A stretch of DNA of 64,000 nt from Treponemataceae bacterium (GTDB taxonomy: Bacteria; Spirochaetota; Spirochaetia; Treponematales; Rectinemataceae), in assembly GCA_963678065.2 (NCBI GenBank), contig CAXXVZ010000005.1:928001-992000 (forward strand), given 5' to 3'. The notes below the pieces were generated by a model. That model was not told the DNA's origin and made no database searches. It saw only the letters and a program-made list of their open reading frames with translations. Each line of letters begins with the position of its first letter. Within the stretch, counting starts at the first letter, position 1. A program made the translations under genes and the position numbers. This document shows, in pieces, positions 16,402 to 26,376 of this stretch.

Positions 16402-17564
16402 GAGAAGTACTCGAAGGCAGCCAGGCCGTCGCGGAAGCGGCGAGACTGGCGAGGGTCAAGGTGGTCTCCGCCTACCCCATCACGCCACAGACCCACATCG
16501 TCGAGGAACTCGCCAGATACTGCGCCGAGGGGACTCTGGACGGCAGGTTCATATGCGTGGAGAGCGAGCACTCCGCCATGGCCTCCGTGATAGGGGCCCA
16601 GTCGGGCGGAGTCCGGTCGTTCACCGCCAGCTCCTCGCACGGCCTCGCGCTCATGCACGAGATGCTGCACTGGGCTTCGGCGGCCCGCCTGCCCATCGTG
16701 ATGGCGGAAGTGAACCGCGCCCTCGGGCCCGGATGGAACCTCTGGGTCGACCAGACCGACAGCCTCGCCCAGCGCGACACGGGCTGGATCCAGCTGTACT
16801 GCGCCGATGGCCAGGAGGCTCTGGACACGACTCTGCAGGCCTACCGCCTCGCCGAAATCGTGAACCTGCCCGTCATGGTCGTCCTCGATGCCTTCTTCCT
16901 CTCGCACACCTACGAACCCGTGGACCTGCCCACGCAGGAGGAGGCGGACAGCTTTCTTCCGCCGTATGAGCCCACATTCATGCTGGACACGGCGAAACCA
17001 TACGCTCTGAACGAAGTCGCGCCGCCCGCGGTGTATATGGAGATGCGCCGGAGCATCCAACTGGCGATGGAGGCCGTTCCCGCCGTCTTCGCGCAGGTCG
17101 AGGAGGAGTTTTTCGGACGCTTCGGCCGCCGATACGGTCCGGTCGAAACCTACCGGTGCGAGGACGCCGACATCGTCCTCATCATGGCGGGCACCGCGGC
17201 GGGCACGGCCAGAGTGGCCGTCGACGGCATGCGGGCGGAAGGCGAAAAAGTCGGACTCCTGCGGATGAAAATGTTCAGGCCTTTCCCCGTTCAGGCGCTG
17301 AGGGAGAAACTCGGCAGGGCGAAAAAAGTCGCCGTCCTCGACAGGAACTGCTCCTTCGGCGCAGGCGGAATTTTCGCCCAGGAACTCAAGGCCGCGCTAT
17401 ATAGTGGCATTTCGCCTTCCATCTACAGCTACATCGCGGGGATGGGAGGCAGGGATGTCACCGTCGACACGATCAGAACCATGTACGCGATGACGCGCGA
17501 GGCCGCGGCGCCGGAATCGGAGAGCCTGTGGCTTGGCCTGAACGAGGAGTTGCTGCGATCATGA
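16398..17564 (+). CDS. porA: 2-oxoacid:acceptor oxidoreductase alpha subunit
   Basis: AYPITPQT, VESEHSA, FRPFP, GMGGRD. Confidence 0.92.
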   Translation: MREVLEGSQAVAEAARLARVKVVSAYPITPQTHIVEELARYCAEGTLDGRFICVESEHSAMASVIGAQSGGVRSFTASSSHGLALMHEMLHWASAARLPIVMAEVNRALGPGWNLWVDQTDSLAQRDTGWIQLYCADGQEALDTTLQAYRLAEIVNLPVMVVLDAFFLSHTYEPVDLPTQEEADSFLPPYEPTFMLDTAKPYALNEVAPPAVYMEMRRSIQLAMEAVPAVFAQVEEEFFGRFGRRYGPVETYRCEDADIVLIMAGTAAGTARVAVDGMRAEGEKVGLLRMKMFRPFPVQALREKLGRAKKVAVLDRNCSFGAGGIFAQELKAALYSGISPSIYSYIAGMGGRDVTVDTIRTMYAMTREAAAPESESLWLGLNEELLRS

Positions 17565-18439
17565 GTATGGAACCTTATTCCGGCGTCGAATACCTGAATC
17601 CAGGCCACGTGGGCTGCCCCGGCTGCGGAGCGACCATCGGCCTCAAGCTCGCGCTGCGCGCGCTCGGCGAGCGCACCATGGTCGTCATTCCCGCCTCCTG
17701 CGTGGCCATCATAGCGGGCAACTTCCCCCAGTCCGCGCTGAACGTGCCGATACTGCACACCGCGTTCGCCACCACGGCGGCTGCGGCCTCGGGCCTCAGG
17801 GCGGCTCTGGACCTGCGCGGCGACACTGAAACCACCGTCCTGGGCTGGGCGGGAGACGGAGGAACCTTCGACATCGGCTTCCAGGCACTCAGCGCGGCGG
17901 CCGAGCGCGGCGAAGACTTCATCTACGTGTGCTACGACAACGAGGCGTACATGAACACGGGCGTCCAGCGCAGCTCGTCGACACCATACGGCGCGAGGAC
18001 GATGACGACGCCGGGACGGGGCTGGAAGCGCACCGAAAAAAAGAATATCGCGGAAATAATGGCCGCCCACCGCATCCCGTACACGGCGACCGCCAGCATA
18101 GCTTACCCGGAAGACTTCGAGCGGAAATTGCGCGTGGCCGCGTCGATCCGAAGCGGTCTGCGTTTCATCCACCTCTACTCTTCCTGCCCGACGGGCTGGG
18201 GCTTCGCTCCGGAATATTCGGTCAAGGTGGCGCGCATGGCCGTCCAGTCGAAGGTTTTCCCCCTCTACGAAATCGTCGACGGGGTCGACTACACCATCAA
18301 CGCGGCGGGCGACCGCCCTGTGCGCGACTACGTGCGGATGCAAAGCCGCTTCCGCCATCTCGGGGACGAGGACATCGAGCTCATTCAGGCCCGCGCCGAC
18401 GCGGAGTGGGAGCGGCTTTCCAGGAAGGCGCGCGGCTGA
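17561..18439 (+). CDS. porB: 2-oxoacid:acceptor oxidoreductase beta subunit (TPP-binding)
   Basis: CPGCG, AGDGGTFDIG, DNEAYMNTG, CPTGW. Confidence 0.92.
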   Translation: MSMEPYSGVEYLNPGHVGCPGCGATIGLKLALRALGERTMVVIPASCVAIIAGNFPQSALNVPILHTAFATTAAAASGLRAALDLRGDTETTVLGWAGDGGTFDIGFQALSAAAERGEDFIYVCYDNEAYMNTGVQRSSSTPYGARTMTTPGRGWKRTEKKNIAEIMAAHRIPYTATASIAYPEDFERKLRVAASIRSGLRFIHLYSSCPTGWGFAPEYSVKVARMAVQSKVFPLYEIVDGVDYTINAAGDRPVRDYVRMQSRFRHLGDEDIELIQARADAEWERLSRKARG

Positions 18440-18543
18440 TAGTTCGCGGCTGATGGCCGCGGCGGCAGCGAGCGGAGCCTGGCATTGCCTCATCGAGAAG
18501 GCCTCGACGGAACGGAGTCGAAATGGTATCCTTTTAATACCCC

Positions 18544-19911
18544 ATGGGACCAGAATTATTGATACTGCTTTTCCTCATCCTCCTGAATGGTTTCTTTTCC
18601 CTCTCGGAAATGGCCGTCATCTCGTCGCGCAAGGCGCGATTGCGGCACGAAGCCGAACAGGGAAAGAAAAACTACAAGCTCGCCCTCGAAACGGCGGAAC
18701 ATCCTTCGGAATTCCTGTCGACGATACAAGTCGTCATCACGCTGATCGGCACGCTGGCGGGAGCCTTCGGCGGCGCCACGGTGGCACGCGAGCTGGAACC
18801 TCTGTTGCGGAAAATCGCATTCCTCGAGAAGGTCGCCGTTCCACTGTCTATCGGGCTTGTCGTCGTCGCCACTACCTTCATTTCGGTGGTGATCGGGGAG
18901 CTGGTGCCGAAGAATCTGGCGCTGGCGCACCCGGAGAGCATCGCGGCCTCCGTCATCAGACCATTGCGAGTTTTTACGCTGCTGTTCAAGCCGATCGTCA
19001 AACTCCTGTCGGCGACGACCAATCTCGTCGTCAGGCTGACAGGAACCCGGGGCATCGACGAACCGGCGGTGACCGAGGAAGAGGTCAAGGTTCTCATCGC
19101 GCAGGGGACGGAGACGGGCGTCTTCAATAACAGCGAGCGCGAAATGGTGGAAGGCGTGCTCGGTCTCGGGGACAGGCGGGTGACCTCGCTCATGACGCCC
19201 CGGACAGATGTCGTGTGCATCGACAAGGGCGACGCTCTCGCGGAAATCAGAAAAACACTCATAGAAAACGCGCACTACGCCTTTCTGCCCGTCATAGACG
19301 GCGATCTCGACAGGCTCGTGGGGATGGTGTCGACCAGCGAAGCGCTGGCCGCGATCGCGGACGGCAGGTTTGCAGGGCTGTCCGGGTTCATCCGCAAGCC
19401 CGTGCTGGTGCCGGAATCGATTTCTGCGCTCAAGGCCGTCTCCGCGCTCAAGGAAGGCGATGTAAAAACCGCCCTGATCGCGGACGAGTACGGCGGCATC
19501 GCGGGACTCGTCGCGTTTTCCGACCTCATCGAGTCGATCCTTGGAGAGGTGCCGCTGACCGGCAGCGATGTCGATCCGGACATGGTGAAGCGGGAAGACG
19601 GGTCCTGGCTCGTGGATGGGTCCATGAGCATAGAGCGTTTCGTGAAAGAGCTCGATCTCGACAAGAACCTCATGGGAACGGGCGACTATGAAACGCTGGC
19701 GGGACTCGTGCTCGACAGGATGGGATCGATTCCGAAGGCCGGGGACCGCTGTTCCTGGGAATCCTGCTCGATCGAAGTCGTCGACATGGACGGGAACAGG
19801 ATAGACAAGGTTATCGTGACGATTTCCGACGGACAGGCCGAAAAGCGCGCCGGCGATGAAACCGGACTGGAATCGGGCGAGGCGCGCGAAAACATGACTG
19901 ATTTCGACTGA
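18544..19911 (+). CDS. HlyC/CorC (CNNM) family transporter: DUF21-CBS-CorC
   Basis: NGFFSLSEMA, GELVPK, MTPR, DEYGG, YETLAGL, MDGNRIDKV. Confidence 0.92.
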   Translation: MGPELLILLFLILLNGFFSLSEMAVISSRKARLRHEAEQGKKNYKLALETAEHPSEFLSTIQVVITLIGTLAGAFGGATVARELEPLLRKIAFLEKVAVPLSIGLVVVATTFISVVIGELVPKNLALAHPESIAASVIRPLRVFTLLFKPIVKLLSATTNLVVRLTGTRGIDEPAVTEEEVKVLIAQGTETGVFNNSEREMVEGVLGLGDRRVTSLMTPRTDVVCIDKGDALAEIRKTLIENAHYAFLPVIDGDLDRLVGMVSTSEALAAIADGRFAGLSGFIRKPVLVPESISALKAVSALKEGDVKTALIADEYGGIAGLVAFSDLIESILGEVPLTGSDVDPDMVKREDGSWLVDGSMSIERFVKELDLDKNLMGTGDYETLAGLVLDRMGSIPKAGDRCSWESCSIEVVDMDGNRIDKVIVTISDGQAEKRAGDETGLESGEARENMTDFD

Positions 19912-19948
19912 AGCCTGATTTCGACTGAAGCCTGATTTCGACTGAAGC
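19898..19948. repeat. Perfect 17-bp tandem repeat x3 (ctgatttcgactgaagc)
   Basis: Copies at 19898, 19915 and 19932; the first copy contains the stop codon of the upstream gene. Confidence 0.9.
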
Positions 19949-20119
19949 GATCCGGGGCTTTGAGTCCACGCCGACGCAACGCGGGGCCGGCGCGGGCCTG
20001 GCGCAGAAATACCATCTCCACGCACTCTACACTACACATTTTCAACATAACAAAACGCTATGAAGCGTTCATGCGCCATGTATGGCTAGACAAGTCGTCT
20101 TTGTCGTATTCATCATGGT

Positions 20120-21490
20120 ATGAAGAACAGTCACCTCACATTGATACTCCTCTTCGCGATCGTCTCCGGCGCGGCACGGGCAGAAACGGTAAAGACACTG
20201 ACTGTGGCGGATTTTCTTGAAGCTGGCATGGCGTCGGCGTCAGGTATCGTCCAGGCCGATATCGCGCTGGACTCCGCCGTGGAAAGCAATGCACAGACCA
20301 AAGCGGCCAGGCAATTCAATCTGGACGCGAAGGGTTCGCTCGGGAGCGCGTACGGGCTTGGCTCGCTCGCCGAAAGCGCGACGGTCCCGATCGAGGCGGG
20401 GACAACGCTCGAAGGTTCCGCAAAGGACGTCTCTTTCCAGGTGGGGCTCACGCAGTCTTTCCTCTCGCCGACTTCGGGGACGGCGACCTCGCTCAGCGCG
20501 TCGGGAACAGCGACGCTTTGGGATGGGTACGAAGGCGGGAAAGGGGAGGCGACGCTCCAAAAAAGCGAAATAAGCGTCGACACGAAGCGTCTCGACACCT
20601 CGCTCGCGCGAAAAACGGCGCGGTACGAGATCCGCACCGCGTACTACACGTCGGTCGGCGACCTGCGACTCTGGCATCTCAAGCAGGACGCCGTCCGGAC
20701 AAGCGGCGAGCAGCGCAAAAAAATGGAAGCGAAATTCAGCGTGGGGAACGCGACCAAGCTCGACGTGCAGGAGGCCCAGGCGACGGAGTTGTCGGCCATC
20801 ATCGACGAGAAGGAAGCGGCCGCGACCTACATCGCGTCGAAACAGTCGCTCGCCCTGCTCTGCGGCATGGACCCGGAGATCGACTTCGAGGTGACGACTG
20901 AGCTGCCCGCGGTCGATACAAACGCGAATCAGGCCATCCTTCTCTCGGAGGGCCTCACGAATCGGGACGACATCAAGGCCTACTCTCTCGACCTGAAGTC
21001 GAACGCGGTCGAGTCGAAGCTGGCGCAGGCGCTTACAGCCCCGACAGTCTCGGCCACCAGCGACCTGTCCCTCACAAACAACTGGACAAAATCTTCCTCC
21101 TCCGGCGCGAGCATCAGCCTGGGCATCTCGATCGGACTTCCGGTCGTCGACGCAGGAAACGCCGCGGCGCGGGGACGCGAGGTCGAGGCGGAGCGGAAGC
21201 TGATCGAAGCGAAGAAGAAGTCTGCGGTGGCCAGTCTCCGGCTCGACATCACGCAGACTCTGAAAACGATGGAAGTCCTCGCGGAAAAGATCACGCTCGC
21301 CGAGCGCATGCTCGACATCGCGAAAGGGAAGGTCATTGTGGCGCAAGCGCGTTTCGACGAAGGGCTTGGATCGGCCTACGATCTCATGACGACGATATCG
21401 GACCAGGCAAGCGCAGCCGTGGATCTCGAACAGGCGAGGATCAACCTGGTACAGGCTTCGATAAAACTCGAAAACATCATCGGAAGGTAG
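20120..21490 (+). CDS. TolC-family outer membrane efflux protein
   Basis: Signal peptide, helical repeats, KFSVGNATKLDV / RFDEGLGSAYDL; operon with MFP and ABC. Confidence 0.85.
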   Translation: MKNSHLTLILLFAIVSGAARAETVKTLTVADFLEAGMASASGIVQADIALDSAVESNAQTKAARQFNLDAKGSLGSAYGLGSLAESATVPIEAGTTLEGSAKDVSFQVGLTQSFLSPTSGTATSLSASGTATLWDGYEGGKGEATLQKSEISVDTKRLDTSLARKTARYEIRTAYYTSVGDLRLWHLKQDAVRTSGEQRKKMEAKFSVGNATKLDVQEAQATELSAIIDEKEAAATYIASKQSLALLCGMDPEIDFEVTTELPAVDTNANQAILLSEGLTNRDDIKAYSLDLKSNAVESKLAQALTAPTVSATSDLSLTNNWTKSSSSGASISLGISIGLPVVDAGNAAARGREVEAERKLIEAKKKSAVASLRLDITQTLKTMEVLAEKITLAERMLDIAKGKVIVAQARFDEGLGSAYDLMTTISDQASAAVDLEQARINLVQASIKLENIIGR

Positions 21491-21496
21491 GATTGC

Positions 21497-22861
21497 ATGA
21501 AAAAGAAACTGATACCGATCGTCTTGATCGTGGTGCTGCTCGCAGCGGCGGGCGGGGCAGGGTACGTATTCCTGAAATCAAAGCAGGCAGCGAAGCCGGC
21601 CACCGCCGCGATGCTCTCAACCGAAAAAGCCGCGCGCGCCGACATCCGGAACACTGTCCCCGCGTCGGGCAGTTTCCAACCCGGAAAGTACCAGACGGTG
21701 CGCCCCGACGCCACGATGCCGACCCGGAAAGTGGTGAAGGTGTACATGAAGGCGCGGGACACGGTCACGAAGGGACAGGCTCTGGCAGAAGTGGACAAGT
21801 CGGGCCTGTACCTCGATGTGGAACAGACGAAAAACACGCTCGACTCCGCAAAATACAAACTCGCGGAGCTCAAGAGCTATCCGAAGCCCGAAGAGAAAAG
21901 TCAGGCGGACTCGGATATGCAGCAGGCGCAGCTCGACCTCACGCTGAAGACGACCGCCTACGAGAGCGCAAAAAAGTTATTTGACAGTCAGTACGCGTCG
22001 AAGTCGGAACTGCAGACGGCTGAAAAGAGCCTCAGGCTCGCGGAGGACACCCTCAAGACGGCTCAGTATAAATACAAAACCGTGATGGCGGGATCTACGA
22101 AGGACACGATCATGGCCCAGGAAGCGGCGGTGGTCGCGGCGCAGACAGCCTACGACGAGGCGCGTCTCATCTACGACTCGACGATCATACGGGCCCCGAT
22201 GTCGGGAACCGTGGCGAGCGTCTCGATCGTCGTCGGCGACCTCGTGAGCGCGAGTTCGAGCGTCAACGGAACCACCTCGCTCATGACTATAGCCGATCTC
22301 GACACGATGATTCTGAAAGCGCAGGTCGACGAGACGGACATCGGATTGATCAAGGTCGGGCAGAAAGCCCTCGTGAAGCCGGCGGTGAACAGCGGAACGA
22401 CCAATGCCCCGCAGAACGTGGAAGGGACGGTCACCGAGATCGACGCGGTTTCGGATTCGACGAGCACGAGCGTGACGGTGTTCAAGGTATCGATCGCGGT
22501 GCCGAACAAAGACAAATCCATTCTGTGGGGTATGAACGGGGATGTGGAGATTGTCGTGGGCGAGGCCAAGGACGCGCTCACGGTACCGAGTTCGTCGATC
22601 CAGACGGCGAATGGACAGAAGACCGTGACGGTGATGCGCAACGGCATGCCTGCGGCTCAGGTCGTGACGACGGGCCTGTCGGATGGAGAGAACACACAGA
22701 TCCTCGACGGGATCATGGAAGGAGACGAGGTCGTGGTCACGGGGCAGGCCCGGAAAGCCTCCACGACCGCGACGACGATAAAGCGAACCAGTGCCATGGG
22801 TTTCGGCGGCATGGGCGGCGGAGGCGGGGGCGGGCCTGGCGGCGGGCCTCCTCCGCAATGA
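21497..22861 (+). CDS. Periplasmic adaptor (MacA-like membrane fusion protein)
   Basis: N-terminal TM, long coiled coil, IRAPMSGTV, VDETDIGLIKVGQ. Confidence 0.9.
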   Translation: MKKKLIPIVLIVVLLAAAGGAGYVFLKSKQAAKPATAAMLSTEKAARADIRNTVPASGSFQPGKYQTVRPDATMPTRKVVKVYMKARDTVTKGQALAEVDKSGLYLDVEQTKNTLDSAKYKLAELKSYPKPEEKSQADSDMQQAQLDLTLKTTAYESAKKLFDSQYASKSELQTAEKSLRLAEDTLKTAQYKYKTVMAGSTKDTIMAQEAAVVAAQTAYDEARLIYDSTIIRAPMSGTVASVSIVVGDLVSASSSVNGTTSLMTIADLDTMILKAQVDETDIGLIKVGQKALVKPAVNSGTTNAPQNVEGTVTEIDAVSDSTSTSVTVFKVSIAVPNKDKSILWGMNGDVEIVVGEAKDALTVPSSSIQTANGQKTVTVMRNGMPAAQVVTTGLSDGENTQILDGIMEGDEVVVTGQARKASTTATTIKRTSAMGFGGMGGGGGGGPGGGPPPQ

Positions 22862-22910
22862 CGAAAACCACGCACAGCCGGGAGGGCCACATGAACAAAG
22901 GAACCATATC

Positions 22911-25085
22911 ATGAGTGAATCGGTGATTTCAGTCAGGAATCTGACGAAGACATATGACTCGGGCTCGGTGCGGGTCGAAGCTCTGAAAGATGTCTCGCTC
23001 GAGATCGGACGCGGGGAATTCGTCGCGATCATGGGCCATTCGGGCTCAGGAAAGTCGACTTTCCTCAACCTGCTCGGATGCCTCGATACGCCTACCGCGG
23101 GGAAATACTTCCTTTCAGGCGTCGATGTCGCGTCTCTGTCGGATGACGAGCGGGCACTGCTCCGCAGCACGACCATAGGCTTCGTTTTCCAGTCTTTCAA
23201 TCTGCTTTCGCGGACGACGGCGCTCGAGAATGTGGAGTTGCCGCAGATGTACGCGGGGCAGAAACCGGACGGAATCCTCGGGCGGGAACTCATCGCCGCG
23301 GTCGGACTTCCGGAGCGCTGGGACCATACGCCGAACCAGCTCTCCGGCGGAGAGCAGCAGAGGATCGCGCTCGCCCGCGCGCTGGTCAACTCGCCACCAC
23401 TCATATTGGCAGACGAACCGACGGGCAATCTCGACACACAGAGAAGCGCCGAAATCATGACGATTCTGCGCAGCCTGAACGATGCCGGCATGACGATCGT
23501 TCTCGTCACCCACGAGGAAGATATCGCGTCCTACGCCAAACGGCTGATCCGCTTTTCCGACGGGAGGATCATCTCCGATGTCAAAGTCGGAGCCCGTCCG
23601 GGCCTTGCTGCCGGGGGCGGCATAAGTCTCCTCAAAAGTCCCCGATTGGCAGCCCGAAATTTCATCGAAACGGGAAAAGGCGGGGAGATCGCGGTGGAGA
23701 CGGGCGACGACGAGCCCGGCGGGGCGGCAGATGACGCAGCGGAGAACGATGTCGGGAATGGAGCGGACGCGCCGATTCACGGACATGCCGCATCCGCCGC
23801 CGTGCTGCCCGCGGGATTGCTGGACAGACTCGCCGAGAACAGGGATCGGAGAGACCTCAGGCCAGTACGTTTCGCGAAGGTCCGCGCAAATCTGAAAAAC
23901 GCTTTCCGGTCTCTGAGGCAGAATCCGCTCAGGTCGGCGCTGACGGCGCTCGGAATCCTGATCGGGGTCGCGGCAGTGATCGCGATGGTGTCCATCGGCC
24001 AGGGCACGCAGGTGCAGGTGCAGGAGAATATCGAGAGTCTCGGCTCGAACATGATCACGGTGATGCCGGGGAGCCAGCGGACGGGAATGACCCGGGGGGC
24101 ATTCGGAACGACTCTGACCCTGAAATACACCGACGCGGATTCGCTTGCGAAAATACCGAATGTCGTGACAGTGGCGCCGGAACTCTCGATGCAGAAGCAG
24201 ATCAAATACGCGAACGACAACTGGAACACGAAGGTCGTCGGGACGACGGCTTCGTACATCGGGGTCAAGAACTGGAAACTCGCCGAGGGGGCGTTCTTCA
24301 CGGAAGACGACAACACCGTGCGGCGAAATGTCGCCGTGGTCGGATCAACGGTCGTCACGAAACTTTTCGGGGGAGCCTCCCCTGTCGGCAAGTCGGTGAT
24401 GATCGCGGGGATGAGTTTCCGCGTGACCGGCGTGCTCGAGACGAAGGGCGGCGGCGGTTTCGGCGATCAGGATGATGTCGTCCTCATTCCCATCAGGACC
24501 GCGACCACGCGTCTCACGAGCAAGAAGAATGTCTCGTCGATCAGCATGAGCGTCTCGTCGAAAGATGACATGCCGGCCGTGAAGGAAGCGATTACGCCCA
24601 TCCTCCGCTCCTTGCACCGGCTCGCCGATGGGACGGACGACGACTTTACGATCATGAGCCAGGACGACATCCTGAAAACCGTTCAGGGGGTTACATCGAC
24701 GCTGACATTGCTGCTCGCAAGCATCGCGGGGATTTCCCTCGTGGTCGGCGGCATCGGGATCATGAACATCATGATGGTCTCGGTGACCGAGAGGACAAGG
24801 GAGATCGGCATCCGCAAGGCTATCGGGGCCCGACGCAAGGACATTCTGTGGCAATTCCTGACCGAGGCGGTGATTCTGTCGGGATTGGGCGGCATCCTCG
24901 GCTGGCTGCTCGGCGCGGGTGTGGCGCGGGTCGTATCGACGGTGGGGAACATGCGCGTGTCGATCTCGCCGGGAACCGTGTCCATCGCGATAGGATTTTC
25001 GCTGCTGATCGGCGTGTTCTTCGGGATTTACCCAGCGCGCAAGGCGGCTTCGATGGATCCGATCAAGGCGTTGCGGTACGAGTAG
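22911..25085 (+). CDS. macB: MacB-like fused ABC ATPase and permease
   Basis: GHSGSGKST, LSGGEQQR, LADEPTGNLD; GGIGIMNIMMVSVTERTREIGIRKAIGA; DPIKALRYE. Confidence 0.9.
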   Translation: MSESVISVRNLTKTYDSGSVRVEALKDVSLEIGRGEFVAIMGHSGSGKSTFLNLLGCLDTPTAGKYFLSGVDVASLSDDERALLRSTTIGFVFQSFNLLSRTTALENVELPQMYAGQKPDGILGRELIAAVGLPERWDHTPNQLSGGEQQRIALARALVNSPPLILADEPTGNLDTQRSAEIMTILRSLNDAGMTIVLVTHEEDIASYAKRLIRFSDGRIISDVKVGARPGLAAGGGISLLKSPRLAARNFIETGKGGEIAVETGDDEPGGAADDAAENDVGNGADAPIHGHAASAAVLPAGLLDRLAENRDRRDLRPVRFAKVRANLKNAFRSLRQNPLRSALTALGILIGVAAVIAMVSIGQGTQVQVQENIESLGSNMITVMPGSQRTGMTRGAFGTTLTLKYTDADSLAKIPNVVTVAPELSMQKQIKYANDNWNTKVVGTTASYIGVKNWKLAEGAFFTEDDNTVRRNVAVVGSTVVTKLFGGASPVGKSVMIAGMSFRVTGVLETKGGGGFGDQDDVVLIPIRTATTRLTSKKNVSSISMSVSSKDDMPAVKEAITPILRSLHRLADGTDDDFTIMSQDDILKTVQGVTSTLTLLLASIAGISLVVGGIGIMNIMMVSVTERTREIGIRKAIGARRKDILWQFLTEAVILSGLGGILGWLLGAGVARVVSTVGNMRVSISPGTVSIAIGFSLLIGVFFGIYPARKAASMDPIKALRYE

Positions 25086-25149
25086 TGTCGGGAGTGGCAG
25101 TGCGCGGCGAAAAACCCTTTTCGTCGCGCAGAGCCCTTATTGCCTGTGC

Positions 25150-26010
25150 TTAATACTTTTTTGACTCGAGCGCCTTCTCGATGCTCCTGAAGCTGTCGAC
25201 CGCCTGCTGTCCCCGCTTGATCGCGATCATCGTGTAGAGAGTATCGATGATAGTCATCTGCGCTACGCGCGACGCGAGCGCGACGATCCGGTAGTGGGAT
25301 TCCTTGGACGCTGTCGTCAGCTGGACAGTCGAAATGTCGCCCAGGGGCGAACGACCGATATTCGTGAGGGAAATGATCTTGGCTCCGTTCTTCTTCGCGA
25401 GCTCCGCCGCGTCGACAATATCTTTGGAACTCCCCGAGTGACTGATGGCCAATACGCTGTCCGTCTCTTTCAGGAAGGTCGAGGCGATGATCTGCATGTG
25501 TGAATCGGTGTAGGCGACGGCGCTTATCCCCAAACGCATGAGTTTGTGCTGCATGTCGATCGCCACCGAGTGGGAGTTGCCGAGACCGTAGATGTTCACC
25601 CGGGAAGAACTGTTGATGATGTCGGCAGCCTGCTCCACCGTTTCGACTTTCAGCGTATCGTAGGTGAAGCGGAGCGTGTGGATGCTGCTCTGGAACACTT
25701 TATCCATGATCGCGGTGGCGGAATCCTCGGCGGAGATCTCTTCGTGAATGCTCTGCAGCGGCGTAACGATGTCCTGGGCCAGAGTTACCTTCAGGTCCTG
25801 GTAGCCGGACATGCCGATATCCCTGCAGGCGCGTATCACCGTGGCGACGCTGACTCCCGAGTTCTCGGCGAGCCCGGAAACCGAAAGATACACGACTTCT
25901 TCGGGATGTTCTATTATATAGTCGATGACGCGCGCCACGGATTTGCTCAGAGAGGAACGCAGGGCTTTCATCTTCATGATCAGCGCGGGCAATCGGTCGA
26001 CATCGTTCAT
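25150..26010 (-). CDS. RpiR/MurR-family transcriptional regulator
   Basis: HTH LAENSGVSVATVIR..GMSGYQDLK; SIS domain YGLGNS, ISHSG. Confidence 0.93.
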   Translation of the reverse strand: MNDVDRLPALIMKMKALRSSLSKSVARVIDYIIEHPEEVVYLSVSGLAENSGVSVATVIRACRDIGMSGYQDLKVTLAQDIVTPLQSIHEEISAEDSATAIMDKVFQSSIHTLRFTYDTLKVETVEQAADIINSSSRVNIYGLGNSHSVAIDMQHKLMRLGISAVAYTDSHMQIIASTFLKETDSVLAISHSGSSKDIVDAAELAKKNGAKIISLTNIGRSPLGDISTVQLTTASKESHYRIVALASRVAQMTIIDTLYTMIAIKRGQQAVDSFRSIEKALESKKY

Positions 26011-26036
26011 TCGGATGGCTCCTCTGCAGTTTCGTT

Positions 26037-26051
26037 AGTAATATTATTACA
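26037..26051. promoter_or_regulatory. Putative RpiR operator
   Basis: AGTAATATTATTACA, a near-palindrome of type TGTAAT-N3-ATTACA. Confidence 0.6.
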
Positions 26052-26276
26052 ATAATATGGTAAAACAAGAAATAATTCAAGCCGATCCACTGTGCCGGCT
26101 GTTTTTGGTACAAGCATAGCCAAAAAACGGATATTTCGCGGCGCTCTGTCCATCGGGTGGGGCGTGAATCCATGCAGCGGGCGCATTTATTTACATACAT
26201 TTACAGTTTTCGCTCCAGTGGCTTCGGCTACTTTGATTCAATTTAGAGAAAAACTTCATTTTTTTCTGTTTATTAT

Positions 26277-26291
26277 TGTAATACTATTACA
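26277..26291. promoter_or_regulatory. Putative RpiR operator
   Basis: Perfect palindrome TGTAATA-C-TATTACA. Confidence 0.65.
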
Positions 26292-26376
26292 TTCATGGTA
26301 AAATGATTCTCAAGAAGACGGGAGCACAATGCGCCCCGCATACCGCAGATCCGCGAAAAGGAGACGATCAACCACT

